Shown in pieces: positions 44,143 through 57,414 of a stretch of 64,000 nt of DNA. A program made the translations under genes and the position numbers. The stretch comes from the human T2T-CHM13v2.0 reference genome, Homo sapiens. The notes below the pieces were generated by a model. The model was not told where the DNA came from and did not search any database. It was given only the letters and a program-made list of their open reading frames with translations. The DNA is taken from NCBI RefSeq assembly GCF_009914755.1, contig NC_060938.1. The stretch is one strand, 5' to 3'. Each line of letters opens with the position of its first letter. Position 1 is the first letter of the stretch.

Positions 44143-44236
44143 TGTAAGAGTTAAAGAAAGAGGAAAGAAACACAAAACACAGCTTGGCAGTTAAAGACAG
44201 GTTTACTTTAGATAAAACCTGAGAGGGGCTTCTGGC

Positions 44237-44267
<31 letters not shown>

Positions 44268-44687
44268 ATTTTTATTTTTATTTTTTGGTCAGGAGCACTT
44301 TCTCTTGCAGACTAAGAGTATATATTGGTTTTAGGGTGAGGGGGTTTATCACAATCTTGGAATGTTTATGTGTGGAGGAGAAGTTTATGGCGGGGTTTGG
44401 AATCTCTCTGGGAGGAGGGGAGGTTATCTTGAGGCTGATGTCTTTTTGGCAGGAGGGGGATTATCTTGGGGCTGGCACCTTCCCAGTCAGAGCAGGGTTA
44501 TCTCAGAGCTAGCATGCCTCTGGTTGGGGAGGAGTTTGGAATGTTTCTGGTTGGAGATGTTATTTGTGGTTTATGGTCATGCTGACCATAGCCATTAGGC
44601 TGATGGCCTTTGGACTTAGGAAGTTTTTGATTAAGGTGAATGTTAAAATGAGGGCTTGTCCAAGACAGCGATGCTCCTGCTTTGTCA
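44143..44687 (-). mobile_element. ERV1 solo LTR (LTR15/MER61-like)
   Basis: Minus strand begins tgacaaagcaggagcatcgctgtcttggacaagc and ends ctcttaca; 5-bp TSD ATATG. Confidence 0.8.
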
Positions 44688-45339
44688 ATATGGAAAGGAC
44701 ACAGTCCCTGCTTCCAAGGAACTCACTCTCATGGTGATAGACAGTCATAGACTTGCTCCCATAGCCATCATTCTCCAGGGGCTATAAGTTGAAGAATCCT
44801 CTGACCTACAACCTCCATTCAGAGCAGTAATTTCTGAGAGAAATTGCACACTCTCCACACTCCTGAATCACTGTATGCCTTCCTAAAAACACACTGCTGA
44901 TGTTTAAGACCAGACTCAGGCACCACCCCTGGGTGGGGCATCTGCATTGCTGCAGAGGAAGTGGTGTTAGCTCTAGGGGGTACTCTAACCTGAGAAAAGT
45001 CTCCTTAGGCTGTCAGGAGGATTGATGGATGAATGGAGAATAAAAATCTCTGAAACAGGAAGAAGGCTAATAATTTAGGCTGAGGGTGGGGGATCAGTAG
45101 CAAAAGAGTATATGGACCATAAAATTCTTAATAACATACATAATCCTGCTTTCTTATCACCAATTCTCCTTTATCTCCAAGAGCCAAGATGAAGCTTAAG
45201 ATTTAAAGAAGACAATTTGTTTAACATTTATTTATAGTTCATGAATTAATATTTTTTAGTATCAGGGGCCAATATGAGACTAGATCTGTTTGTCCAGAAA
45301 TTATTTCTAATCTCTGATCACTGTTCTTATCTAAACCAT

Positions 45340-45680
45340 GCCTATGGACATAGAGGGTAGAAGGATGATTACCATAAACTGGGAAGGGTAGTGGGAGGCT
45401 GGGGAACAGGTGGGACTGTTTAACAGGTACAAAAAATAGGACGAATAAGACCTACTATTTGATAGCACAACAGGGTGACTATAGTCAATAATAATCGTAC
45501 ATTTTAAAATAAAGAATATAAGTGGATTGTTTGTAACTCAAAGGATAAATGCTTGAGGGGATGAACACCCCATTCTCCATATGTGCTTATTTCACATAGC
45601 TTTCCTGTAACAAAACATCTCATGTACTCCATAAATATATGCACATACTTAAGTACTCACAAAAATTAAAAATTGAAGAA
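45340..45680 (+). mobile_element. L1MA 3' end
   Basis: gaataagacctactatttgatagcacaacagggtgactatagtcaataat. Confidence 0.85.
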
Positions 45681-45812
45681 ACTCAAAGCCAAGAAAAATT
45701 TTTAAAAAGAAGCAAATTGAGAAAATGTAAGGTGTAGCTGGGAAGAAAAGGATAGAGAAAGGTTAAGAAGAAAATTATGGAGGACTGTCTGAATTGAAAA
45801 GCATTGTCTCTG

Positions 45813-46022
45813 TGAGTTTGTCAACAGCAACATTACTAGCATTTTGGGCAGGGTAATTCTTTTGGGGGAAGGGGCTTTTCTGGGCACTGTAGGGTGTTTA
45901 ACAGCATCCCTCATCTCTGCCTACTAGATGCCAGTAAGATTCTCACCTGTGGCAAACACAAATGTCTCCAGACACTGTCAAATGTCCCTGGAGGCAAATA
46001 GCCCCTGGTTGAAAACCAATGG
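45813..46022. mobile_element. MER20 DNA transposon
   Basis: tgtagggtgtttaacagcatccct...aatgtctccagacactgtcaaatgtccctgg...ggttgaaaacca. Confidence 0.85.
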
Positions 46023-46079
46023 TCTATATGTCTACATATTGAATGTTGAATTGATAGAGCAGGAAAAACTTTTAGAAGG

Positions 46080-46235
46080 TATATATATGTGTATATATAT
46101 ATTTAGTATATATATGTATATATATTTATTATATATGTATATATTTATTATATATGTGTATATATATTTATTATATATGTGTATATATATTTATTATATA
46201 TGTGTATATATATTTTTATTACTTATATATTCATA
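46080..46235. repeat. TA-rich low-complexity minisatellite
   Basis: Repeated atatatatgtgtatatatatttatt-type units. Confidence 0.9.
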
Positions 46236-46879
46236 TACACAAAATGAGGATGTTAACATTTTTCTACTATTGTAACACATTTTTATTCCTATGGTGGTCA
46301 TACGTCCTAAGTTGCTATTATTTCATTTGGCTTTAATAAATTAAATAAGATAATTTCAATGTAAAAACGGGAATTGTAATATATATATATAAACATATGT
46401 ATTTTATATATAAATATATATAACTTTTTATACAATTCATTCACAATGCAAAAAATTTTTCAGTCTGATCACGTTCCAGATTTCACCTTGGTCAATATCT
46501 TTTATCTCTGACTCCTCAAAGACATATAGACTGTTTCTCTATTCTTTCTCTAAGCTACTGTGTTCCTGTTCTTCCCCAAAATGATTCTTAAACCCTAAAA
46601 AGATGACCCCTCCATTACCCCCCACCCACACACATACACACACAAGGACTCACGCATACGCACCACAGTGTGCAGAAGGTGAACTAAACCACAGGTAGGT
46701 GGAGTTTTCCACTAGGAAGCTGAGGGGCAACTCCCGGGAGCTGCTGCCGCTGAATCTGTCTCATGAAATTTCTCAGCCATGGGAACAAAATTAGTTCCAA
46801 ATTCAAGATATGATACTTACCAATATTTAAAGAGAATAGATATCAAGGTGTGCCCCTGTAGCAAAAAAAGTAAAGAATC

Positions 46880-47439
46880 ATGAAGGCATTAATAGGAATC
46901 TTGCTGGGCTTCCTGTGGATACAGATTTGCTGTGAGTTAAGGACAGCCCAGAGGAAACCTGGAGGAGTATCACAACTGAATTTGGAAAGGAGCAATGGAG
47001 GAACGGGAGAGATGGAGAAAGAGAAAGAACGCAACTCTCAATTAAGCTGTGTCCTCTATCATAAGGAAGAAAACTACAGAGAAATTTTCTACACTTGGAA
47101 ACAGCTACAGTGATTTTGTGATGACTCTCATCTGCATCTACTTTTCTCTTTCTGAACGGGGGTAAAAGCGCAAATGAAAGTGGAGCAGAGTCCTCAGGTC
47201 CTGATCCTCCAAGAGGGAAGAAATTCATTCCTGGTGTGCAGTTGTTCTATTTACATGATCCGTGTGCAGTGGTTTCATCAAAAGCCTGGAGGACCCCTCA
47301 TGTCCTTATTTAACATTAATTCAGGAATACAGCAAAAAAGAAGACTAAAATCCGCAGTCAAAGCTGAGGAACTTTATGGCCACCTATACATCAGATTCCC
47401 AGCCTGAGGACTCAGCTATTTACTTCTGTGCTGTGGGGA
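46880..47439 (+). pseudogene. TRAV28: T-cell receptor alpha variable 28 pseudogene (leader 46880-46931, V exon from about 47160)
   Basis: MKALIGILLGFLWIQICW/VKAQMKVEQSPQVLILQEG...; acceptor aacAG reads aacGG; frameshift near 47395 gives TGA at 47405-47407, DSAIYFCAVG in another frame; position between TRAV27 and TRAV29/DV5. Confidence 0.92.
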
Positions 47440-47478
47440 CACTGTGCTCTTCAGACACCTGCAGCCTATACATGAAAC
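47440..47478 (+). other. 23-RSS of TRAV28
   Basis: cactgtg + 23 nt + acatgaaac. Confidence 0.9.
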
Positions 47479-47649
47479 CATAGCTGAAGGCCTAACCCAT
47501 CCCCGAGAGTGGCAGTAGGTCCCGATGTGATTAGCATTGCATTCCCACTGCCTACATCTCCTTGCATGTCCTGATTCATGTGGAAAGTATTTCTAAATGA
47601 GTTGTAACTTGACACTATGGTGCAGGTGCATAAATGGTTCCCCTGCAGA

Positions 47650-48029
47650 TATCTGTGGGAATGGTATTACTAGGCAAAATCTATTGATTGATCAACTCTT
47701 TCATATATTATCATATCTCTCTGGATAAGAATGAGCAGAGTCCTCAATCCTCCATATCCAAGAGCAAGAAAGCACCAGTCTCACCTGTACTTCCTTTTCC
47801 ACATCTTTTTTATGGCTTACTTTAGTACAGACAGAATCCTAGGAAAATTTCCATGATATTTTTTCTAACAGACTTAAGTGAAGATGAAAAGGAAGAGGGA
47901 AAATAGATGGCCTCTACTACCATGAAGGATGGTCAGAGCTTTCTGCATACTTGACCAGAGACTCAGCCACTTACCTCTATGCTGTGGAGACACAGTGCTT
48001 CCCAGGCACCTGAAGCCTGAAATCAGACA
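47650..48029 (+). pseudogene. Decayed TRAV24-like V relic with intact heptamer
   Basis: EQSPQS/HIQEQESTSLTCTS..FYGLL*YRQNPRK..EDEKEEGK..DSATYLYAVE, then cacagtg (47991-47997) + 23 nt + aatcagaca. Confidence 0.9.
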
Positions 48030-48433
48030 AGTACCTGCAATTCTAAGACTCAACAATAAGTTAGAGATGTCCATGTGTTTTGCTGTAACATGGTTTTGAG
48101 AAGCATACACTTGATAAATCAAAGTGATTTCATTTCCAAAAAAGATTCTGATGAATACTTACTCTAGTAACTATCTCTGTGCTAAACAGAACAATTCCTA
48201 ACATCCTAATCCCTAAATCAGGGAATCAATGAGTCAGAAATTCTAGATAAAGGATCCCTCAAACTCAATGATAAGGCTTTCTGTCAAAAAGGGTATTTGC
48301 ACCCCGAATGCTACTTATTCTTATCTTACATTATCTATGTATAAAGGAAAATCTTGAGAAAGTCAAACCAAAATGTGTCAAAAAAGACATGCTAAGCTCT
48401 CTAATCCTTCATTATTTTTTTTTCCAACTTCTT

Positions 48434-48727
<294 letters not shown>

Positions 48728-49879
48728 TCCAACTTCTTAAAGTATTTTTAATTGTTCATTTTGCTCATATTCAATAGTATCTATATCATTTTCCTCTTTG
48801 TTATGTTTTGTGAAGGTTATTAGAAAAAAGCTTATTTCCAGTCATGAGTATGCTATGTCATCTTCAGCAAGTGAGTCATTTTATTTGTCCCTCATCTCAG
48901 AATCCTCATTTATAATGTGAAGATGATATTTCCCACCCACCACTACTCACAAGTTTGATACATTAATTATTCAACAAATAATTATCAAATACCTATTAGG
49001 TTCTGTAGGGAACTTTGAATAAATAAAGAGTTCTTTCCTTGTTGAATATATTTCTAGTGGGGAACACATTTTTATTATCAGTTCCTATAAAATAGAGAAG
49101 GACTTAACTGGGACAGTAAAGGGTATTATAAAAACAAACAGATGTCTGTTAAAGGAAGCTTTCTGGAGTATGTGGTGCCTCAGTTCAAAATCTGGCAATT
49201 TAATAGGAGTTAATCAGACTGAAGAACAAAAGCAAGTGGGGGAAGGTTCTCCAATTTGAGGAACAGCATACATATATAGGCAGGAAGCAAGGCAGATTAT
49301 AGCAATTTTAAGACATAATGTATAATTTGCAAGTTATTAAATAATGTGCATAAGTAACTCTTATTTTATGGGAGACTAAATAAGAACCTTGAAATGAATC
49401 GTCTGTAAATCATAATATGGTAAGGTGAAGGATATGGGGAACAAAATTACTAAGCATAGCTACATCCTAACAGAGCAGATAAGGATAACTGCACTAAGAA
49501 CAAATAAAAATAATCATGCAACTGATTGATGATAAGAAAATGTTAGTTCTTCAGAGACCCTAATCCCTTTTAAGTGTGGAAAGTATTTCTAAATAAGTTG
49601 TATAAGATATGATAAATATGATACATAAATGTGATCCATTTTGACTATTAAATAAAGCTGAAATTTCCAATTTGATAAAAGTCTCCACTGATTCAAGGTA
49701 CTCAGCAAACTCTAAACAGGGTAAATGTAAAGCACATGCACACACACACACATAAACACACACAGAACAAGAGAAATGCATACTTCTACACATCAGAGTA
49801 AAACTGCTGAAAATCAAGGAAAAAGAGAAAAATCCTTAAAATCAGCTTTGCTTTTGTTTTTCAAAGGGTCAATTTCATT

Positions 49880-51370
49880 TCCCTCAAGTTTTTCTGAAAT
49901 CATGGATGAGTGAGTCTAGCAAATGCCCAGCCCTCTTCAGGAGCCGGGAAACATATGTGGCCCAGTTGCAAATTTGGGGACAGCTTATGGAGGCCTGAAG
50001 ATCACTGCATTTGATCCACATAGGTAGACACCTGAGCAGCTGGGCTGGCCAAAACTAATTTGACATTATAGTATAGGCAAGAGAATGGCATGGACTCCTC
50101 ATTCCAGTCAACCAAAAGCAAAGAAGAGGTGTTATTCTACTGGCTGAGATGATTGATGCTGCCTTTCATGGAGAAATGGTTTGCTACAATACAGTGGGGG
50201 TAAAGAAGAGTATGTCTGTGGAAACTCTTAATCCCACCATGAATGATGATAAAATTTAATGGAAAACTACAGCAACTCAATATAGGCAGGACTGCTAAGA
50301 CATAGATCTTGAGGTTATCATCCCACCAGACAAAGAAATATGATTGCTGAGGGCAAAAAACAATAATGAATGATGGCAGAAGAATGAAATTGTGCATACT
50401 AGCTACAACCTCTTGACCAGTGACAGAAACAAGATCTGAAGTAGTTATGGGTACATCTTCCTTACTTTGATGTGTGTGTGTGGGGCGGGGAGGGTTAACA
50501 ACCCATTCTTTTTATTTCTTTTATTCTTCTACTGTCTGCAATAGTATGTGTTTTTATTTGTTAGCTTTATGGCTCACTATAAAATTCACAGGTTATCAAA
50601 GGAGAAGTATGACTCAACTAGAAAAAGAATAAACTTCATTTAAAGATGTATAAAGTGACACAAGGGACCTTGCATTTTCTTTTGGGGAAAAGGTTAGCAT
50701 CCTTACAATTTTATGGAAGAAATTGCATCCTATTAGGTAGAATAATTATTTTACTATTGTCTTATATGGAAATTAAATACCATCAAATGAGGTATGACCT
50801 AACGCAAAGTTTATAAGGAGGTACAAAATGGTGGTTTGTACTGGATTAAGCAGGGAACCAAGTTTCCCAGAGTTTCCTTTTTTGTATAGTAGCAGGATAA
50901 AATTGGCCAAAGAGTAATGTGTGTGAGCTATGGAAGGCAAAAGTGAAACAGTAGCCACTGCTCTCTGAAGCAGTCATTTGTCATATCTGACAAATAGACA
51001 CGGATATGCCCAGCAGGTGCCAGCGTGTTCTAACTCTGTTCCACTCCATGCCTAGCATGCCTTCCTGCTGACCAGTCACCTTCAGATGCCTGGCGATAGA
51101 TGAATGGAGATGGTAACCACACAAAGGCAAGAGCTTCCTTAGACTTCTCCTTGAACTTCCCCTTCAAATCACACTTCAGCAGCTGCAAATGCTTGGTTTC
51201 TCAGATTAACTGGTTAGAGTTTCCTTCTCTGGCCCTCCCACAGCCCTTAGACCTTCACTTTCCTGTCTCCTTTCACAATCACGTAAAGCCAAATTCCCAT
51301 AATTAAGCCCCTATCCCATACAACTCATGGTGACTTTCCTGCACTTGACGATACCCTGATTGATGCACTA
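49880..51370 (+). mobile_element. ERVL-type internal remnant and LTR
   Basis: Motifs such as atgattgatgctgcctttcatggagaaat and a terminal ccctgattgatgca; boundaries and family uncertain. Confidence 0.5.
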
Positions 51371-52417
51371 GACAAATATAAATTAGTTCAATGGAAAGTT
51401 GTCCGTCTTTTAAAAATGTGTATCCAGATACCTATTGGGAGAAAGAACAATCAGAAATCTAGTCTTACCAGAAAAAGAGTAGACCTTAAAAGAACACATG
51501 TAGCAAGGTGAGTTGCAAGGGAAAGAAGAGAGGGAAGAAAGGGATACAGCCTGTGGGCTCCTGCATTTCCATGAAACACTGGGTGTAAAGAATCAAATTT
51601 ACTGAACTTAAAGTATAATAATAAAAAAAAATCTATCTATATATATATACAAAGAATCAGATTTATCACTATGTGAAGATGTAGGAATTATTTTTAATTA
51701 AAAAATTCTCATCAGGAAGAAATTACTTATAACTTTATGAATAATTTAACATATATCAATCTAATTCTGTGTTGTTAAAGTAAAGATATCAAAGGAATAG
51801 CTCTACTCCCATGTTTCAGAAATTCCTGGTAGTATAACTGAGTAGTCTTTATTAGGGAAGACAGACTTCTCTAAACATATCTGGTGACTCAGTTTGGTGT
51901 ATGCAAATATGAATATGGATATGCTATGACAAGTGTCCCCACCCCCTCCCCCAACTAATTTCCTGTGCAGAGACAGCTGTGTCACCCATCTCCACTGATT
52001 CTGCAAGGGACTTGTCATAAATACTGAATAAGGCCAAGGTTCAGGCTCTTTAGAGTGGTTACTTCCCTAGGAATAGAAGTGTCAACGTGACTTTTATAAC
52101 ATGCTTTGAGCACGTTATAAAATTTGTAAATTGATAGGCTCATCTTCTGCTCTCCCACAAGCTCAAAACACTGTGAATTTTTTACATCTCCAGAATAGAA
52201 CCTCTTGCTCTTGTGTGGCGGAGCCATCATCAGTTCTTTTAATGTTCACCACTCTCGGTAGATAAAAGTTCTATTTCATTCTAATTGTTCTATGATATGA
52301 TTTAGAATCACTTTAATGACACAGTCTTCAGTGTGAGAACTTCTCTTGGTTCCAGCATGCATACCCCAGGAGGAGCAGAATCTCCTCAGGTCTAGGGGAC
52401 CTAGTGGGCTGTAATAC

Positions 52418-52448
52418 TCTCTCTTTCTCTCTCTTTCTCTCTCTCTCA

Positions 52449-52493
<45 letters not shown>

Positions 52494-52494
52494 A
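52418..52494. repeat. (CT)n(CA)n compound microsatellite
   Basis: Direct reading. Confidence 0.95.
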
Positions 52495-53418
52495 AGCAAC
52501 AAGGTGAATTCACCACAAATATAAAATTGTGAGCCACCAATAACCCACAATCAGCCTCAAAGCTTGCTGAAAAATCTCGCACTAACACCCCTCCCAAATA
52601 AAACAGTTTTCTGTAGCAAGGCATAGAGTCACTCATATCCAATGATTCAACATGGGGCTTGTGATGCATCTGTGCATTGTGTATTTTGTACTTTTGTTGT
52701 CTAAATGGTGAGTCTGTGTGCATGTGTATGAGAGCACGAGCGAGAGAGAGACTATTACAGACCACTAGGCCCCATGGACTTGCAAAATCAGCCTTCTTAT
52801 ACATGATTCATGCATGGATCCTCATGTTTTGCGTGTGACCACCCTTCCTAACATCAAGTCATAAATTTCCTACAGACAGATACTGAAATTCAACTATAAT
52901 GAACGGAGTTCATTTGCTGAGCACTCTTGGCTATAATTTGTCTGTGTACTTTTAAAATTGCAGATACCTTTGTCCGGAATGCCCTTTTCCTACAAAGCCA
53001 ACTTGTTAATCTTCCTTTATCTCTTAAGGCCCCAGCTGAAGGGCTCTACCTTTGTAGGGTCTTCCCTGACTCCACACTGCTAACCTCCTCAGCAGAACTA
53101 ATGGATCACCGTTATGCTTTCCTCATAAAAACACTCATGTCTCGTGCTATGTTGTAAGTATATAGTTACACATTTTTCTTTCTCTTCAAATTACCAGGTA
53201 TTTATGAATGAAGATTGTCCCATAACCATATTTGAGACTCTAAGCCAGGCACATTGCTAAATATTGCATAAAAACTAAATTAATATTGATTGATATATAA
53301 ATACACAAATCAATGAAAATTTCTTCACTAGAAAGTCTGAATTATATAGGTTTAAAGTATATAATATGCAACACAGACAATTTATCAGTTTCTCCTGAAT
53401 CAATTATTTTTAATAGAC

Positions 53419-53683
53419 TATATATATACATACATATGTATATATATACTATATGTGTATAGTACATATATACATATGTATATATATACTATATGTATAT
53501 ACTATATATTATATATGCTATATGTATATACTATATATATTATATATACTATATGTATATACTATATATATTATATATATACTATATGTATATACTATAT
53601 ATATTATATATATACTATATGTATATACTATATATATTATATATATATATACTATATGTATATATATTACATAGACATATATA
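53419..53683. repeat. AT-rich VNTR, units about 31-37 nt, adjoining an Alu tail
   Basis: Repeats of tatatatactatatgtatatactatatatat. Confidence 0.92.
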
Positions 53684-53973
<290 letters not shown>

Positions 53974-54935
53974 AGACTTAATGTATTAATGGACTTAAAA
54001 CACTTTTAATAGAGGCATTTTAACTTTTCTGAGTATTTGTTTCATTATTCTTCAAGTGAAAATTCAAAATGTTTATTACCATAATAAAATATGCATCAAA
54101 TATTATTTTATTATGTGTTATCAGTCCTTGCTAAAAATAATTTCAAAAAACATTTTGGAATTTAATCTCAGCTGAAATCACTAGTTGCCCTACTAATTCA
54201 GCATTAAAAGTACAATTGATTCTTCTTCCTTCCTCCATCATAGTAAACCATGGGGAAATACATTACCTGTGGACCAAGAGTGAAGATAAGCAGCTATGTT
54301 GCCTTTTTGGCATCTTCTGGTAAATTTCATGAATATATTGTCTATAGACTTTACAGGATTATGTCACCGTTTTTCTCTTTTGAAAATACAGAACACACTA
54401 AATGATCTCATTCAAGTTCCAATAGAGATAATTTCAGTTCAGAAGGTGATCTAATACAGAAGATAAATTTTGTTGTGCTGATTTGTGTTTTTGAGAGAGG
54501 TACCCAGAATTTAAATTTAATTTAATTATGTTGTGCTATTTATCATATAGAAAATATGGGCATATTTGAAGACCATATTAGAATTCAATTGCACTAAAGA
54601 GTAAGCTACGAAACTTCTTTGTGTTCTAAATTCATATCATTGTATTAAATAAAACATCATACCCATATGCGTCCCCAATAAGTATCAATCCTTATTAATG
54701 TTTTTAAACAAGATGTCTGCCTTAGTATGCCAGTTGACAAGGTGTCAGTCATTTGACCTTATGTAATTCTCTAATTTTCAGCTATCATTTTCTACTATTG
54801 CTGTGTGTGTGTGTGTTCTCTAAAAACTTTTCCTTCTCTTTCAATCTCTTGTTTTTTAACTTTTTATGGAGAAGGCATTATAAAATCATCTTTAGGAAAT
54901 ACAGAAACACATTTACAGAAACTTTCTACATTTGA

Positions 54936-54950
54936 ACTAAAGGGGGCAGT
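54936..54950 (+). promoter_or_regulatory. CTCF-like motif upstream of TRAV29/DV5
   Basis: ACTAAAGGGGGCAGT about 160 bp upstream of the ATG. Confidence 0.5.
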
Positions 54951-55110
54951 GCTTCCTTTCATAAAGATAAATAAGCTTAGAGCTCCACACAGGTTGTTCA
55001 TATGTAAAATGAAGGGTCTGTGGAAGGACATGAATAAAGCACAGGAGGTTGAAGTCAGATTTGCAGCTTTCTAGGCAGGAGACAAGACAATCTGCATCTT
55101 CACAGGAGGG

Positions 55111-55632
55111 ATGGCCATGCTCCTGGGGGCATCAGTGCTGATTCTGTGGCTTCAGCCAGACTGTGAGTTGTGCATGGGAGGTTTGAATATAGTAAGAAAA
55201 GCTACAAGGAACACTACAAGGCTGGGAGATAATTGGAGAAGTTTTGTTTTGTTTTCCGGATCTTGATGGTTTCCTGTGGGGACATTAAAAATAAAACTGA
55301 AAATCTGTTATTCTCTTTCCAAACAGGGGTAAACAGTCAACAGAAGAATGATGACCAGCAAGTTAAGCAAAATTCACCATCCCTGAGCGTCCAGGAAGGA
55401 AGAATTTCTATTCTGAACTGTGACTATACTAACAGCATGTTTGATTATTTCCTATGGTACAAAAAATACCCTGCTGAAGGTCCTACATTCCTGATATCTA
55501 TAAGTTCCATTAAGGATAAAAATGAAGATGGAAGATTCACTGTCTTCTTAAACAAAAGTGCCAAGCACCTCTCTCTGCACATTGTGCCCTCCCAGCCTGG
55601 AGACTCTGCAGTGTACTTCTGTGCAGCAAGCG
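55111..55632 (+). CDS. TRAV29DV5: T-cell receptor alpha variable 29/delta variable 5 (leader 55111-55162, V exon 55327-55632)
   Basis: [62 protein letters not shown]...[10 protein letters not shown]; intact frame and splice sites. Confidence 0.97.
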
Positions 55633-55671
55633 CACAGTGCTCTCCAGGCACCTGCAGCCCGTACTCAAACC
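55633..55671 (+). other. 23-RSS of TRAV29/DV5
   Basis: cacagtg + 23 nt + actcaaacc. Confidence 0.96.
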
Positions 55672-56303
55672 TGCTTTGGGGACTCAGACTGGGAGACACA
55701 TAGACTCGCTTCCATTTACACATGCCAATATGAGAGATTATGCTTTGAAGTAGGTGAGGCAAGTTGAGCCTAAAGAAAGACTGATACATGACAAAACCTT
55801 ACAAATAAGTTAAGAAAGTTCCCTGAGTTTTAGAGTGTTTAAGAGTCTAACCACTCTCCTTTTCTACTTTCAGAAAGAGGTTGCTGATTTAGCTAAAGCA
55901 TAAATCTCTAGTGATGCTTTGTTTCTGCTAGCTTCTGGAATGCGGGTGCCCTGTCTCCCTTGTATACTAGGGGGCAAGGATGTGTGTTTGGAATGGGAAA
56001 ACCAAGGTCCTACTGCAGGTTCTTCCAGTGATGAACATTTCCTGAGATGCCTTTTCTTTTAGTTTTTCTCAGCGTACAGGCATTTCTGAGCAAAGAATTG
56101 CATGTGTGAATACTAACTTATGTATACCTGCATATCTATAAATATTTCTATATGTAGCATAACCATCTGTATCTATATTAAGTTAAACATTCGTTCTTAG
56201 CAATGTCTCCAATGCTAAATCATTACCACGTGGATCACACTAGCCTCCTCCCCTTACTTATCCATAAATTCCCACTACAGGGGTGCACAGCCTGGCTCTC
56301 ACT

Positions 56304-56814
56304 GTTAACAAAAAGTTATTCAGTAATACTTGTTAAAACACGGTGAGGCAGAATTTATTTAGGACCATCATGATAGGTACAGAGACCACTGCAACAGGAT
56401 TTTGCAGTGAGGGAGAAGAATTGGATTCAACTCCGAATACAGCATAGACAAGTGGAGATTTCTAGCCAAGGGGCAGATTAGGGGTCAGTGGATAGGAAAT
56501 TACTAAGAGGAAACATTAGAACCAAGGGATAGTCTGGCTAGACCAGCCAAACAGGATCCTTGCAGAAGACAGGTCAGGGTGATCAGACATCAATCCCCTG
56601 GGGGATGATAGAGGATGAGGAGCCCAGTTGGATATGGAGTGTAATCAGATATCAAGCGGAGGATGACGAGGGCAGCAGGGGAGGGTGTGGTTCTTGCTAA
56701 ACTGACTTAGAAGGATTCTTGTTAAAACTACATTTTACAAGAAAATGTACAGATGAGCTTAGGAGAAACTTCAAAAGCCTGACTAAAGTTTGGTCAAGCA
56801 AAGAATTTTTGTCA
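56304..56814 (-). mobile_element. MER31-like ERV1 solo LTR nested in an L1M fragment
   Basis: tgttaacaaaaagttattcag...gtttggtcaagcaaagaatttttgtca; flanking L1 sequence resumes afterwards. Confidence 0.75.
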
Positions 56815-57414
56815 TTACCACCCACTATTCATTTACATCATAGTCCAATTCCATTAAACATGTATAGTGGTATCAGAATTGTTACTTGTAGCTCCATGAG
56901 AAAGAATTTTATCACTTAGAGCACACTGTTGTGTAATGGTAATAATGTCTAGATTATGTTGAACTTCTATTATTCCACCTGTTTTGCATGTATTACATTA
57001 ATTCTTCTAATAATTATTTAAGACAACTATTAGAATAATCCATATTTTAGTAGAGAAAACAGGCTGTGGGAGTTCAGGGATTTGTTCAGTATCACTAACT
57101 TTGTGAGAAAAGAGAGTTCATGGTCACTCATGCCCCAAACCACCAAGTATGGGCCCTTCCTACAGAAGCTATTAACAAGTCATGCTTTTGAACAGCTAGC
57201 AATCTTTAAAATTCTTATCATACATGTCTTCATCATTGACCTATAGAAGAGTGAGATTATCACTCATAGAGAATTAAAAGCTGAAATTATGGTTTTATAT
57301 GTATATTGTATTTGTAGATAAATGATTAGAGCTTGTTCCTCACAGGCTGATTTTCTGAAGCTGAAGATCTTTACAGAGAGAAGATACAGAAATTCAGGAT
57401 ACTTCCCAAGAAGC

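Noticed and set aside
47575-47640. Possible leader for the 47.7-kb relic (ctatggtgcaggtg)
   Set aside because: No convincing ATG or donor; similarity too weak to call
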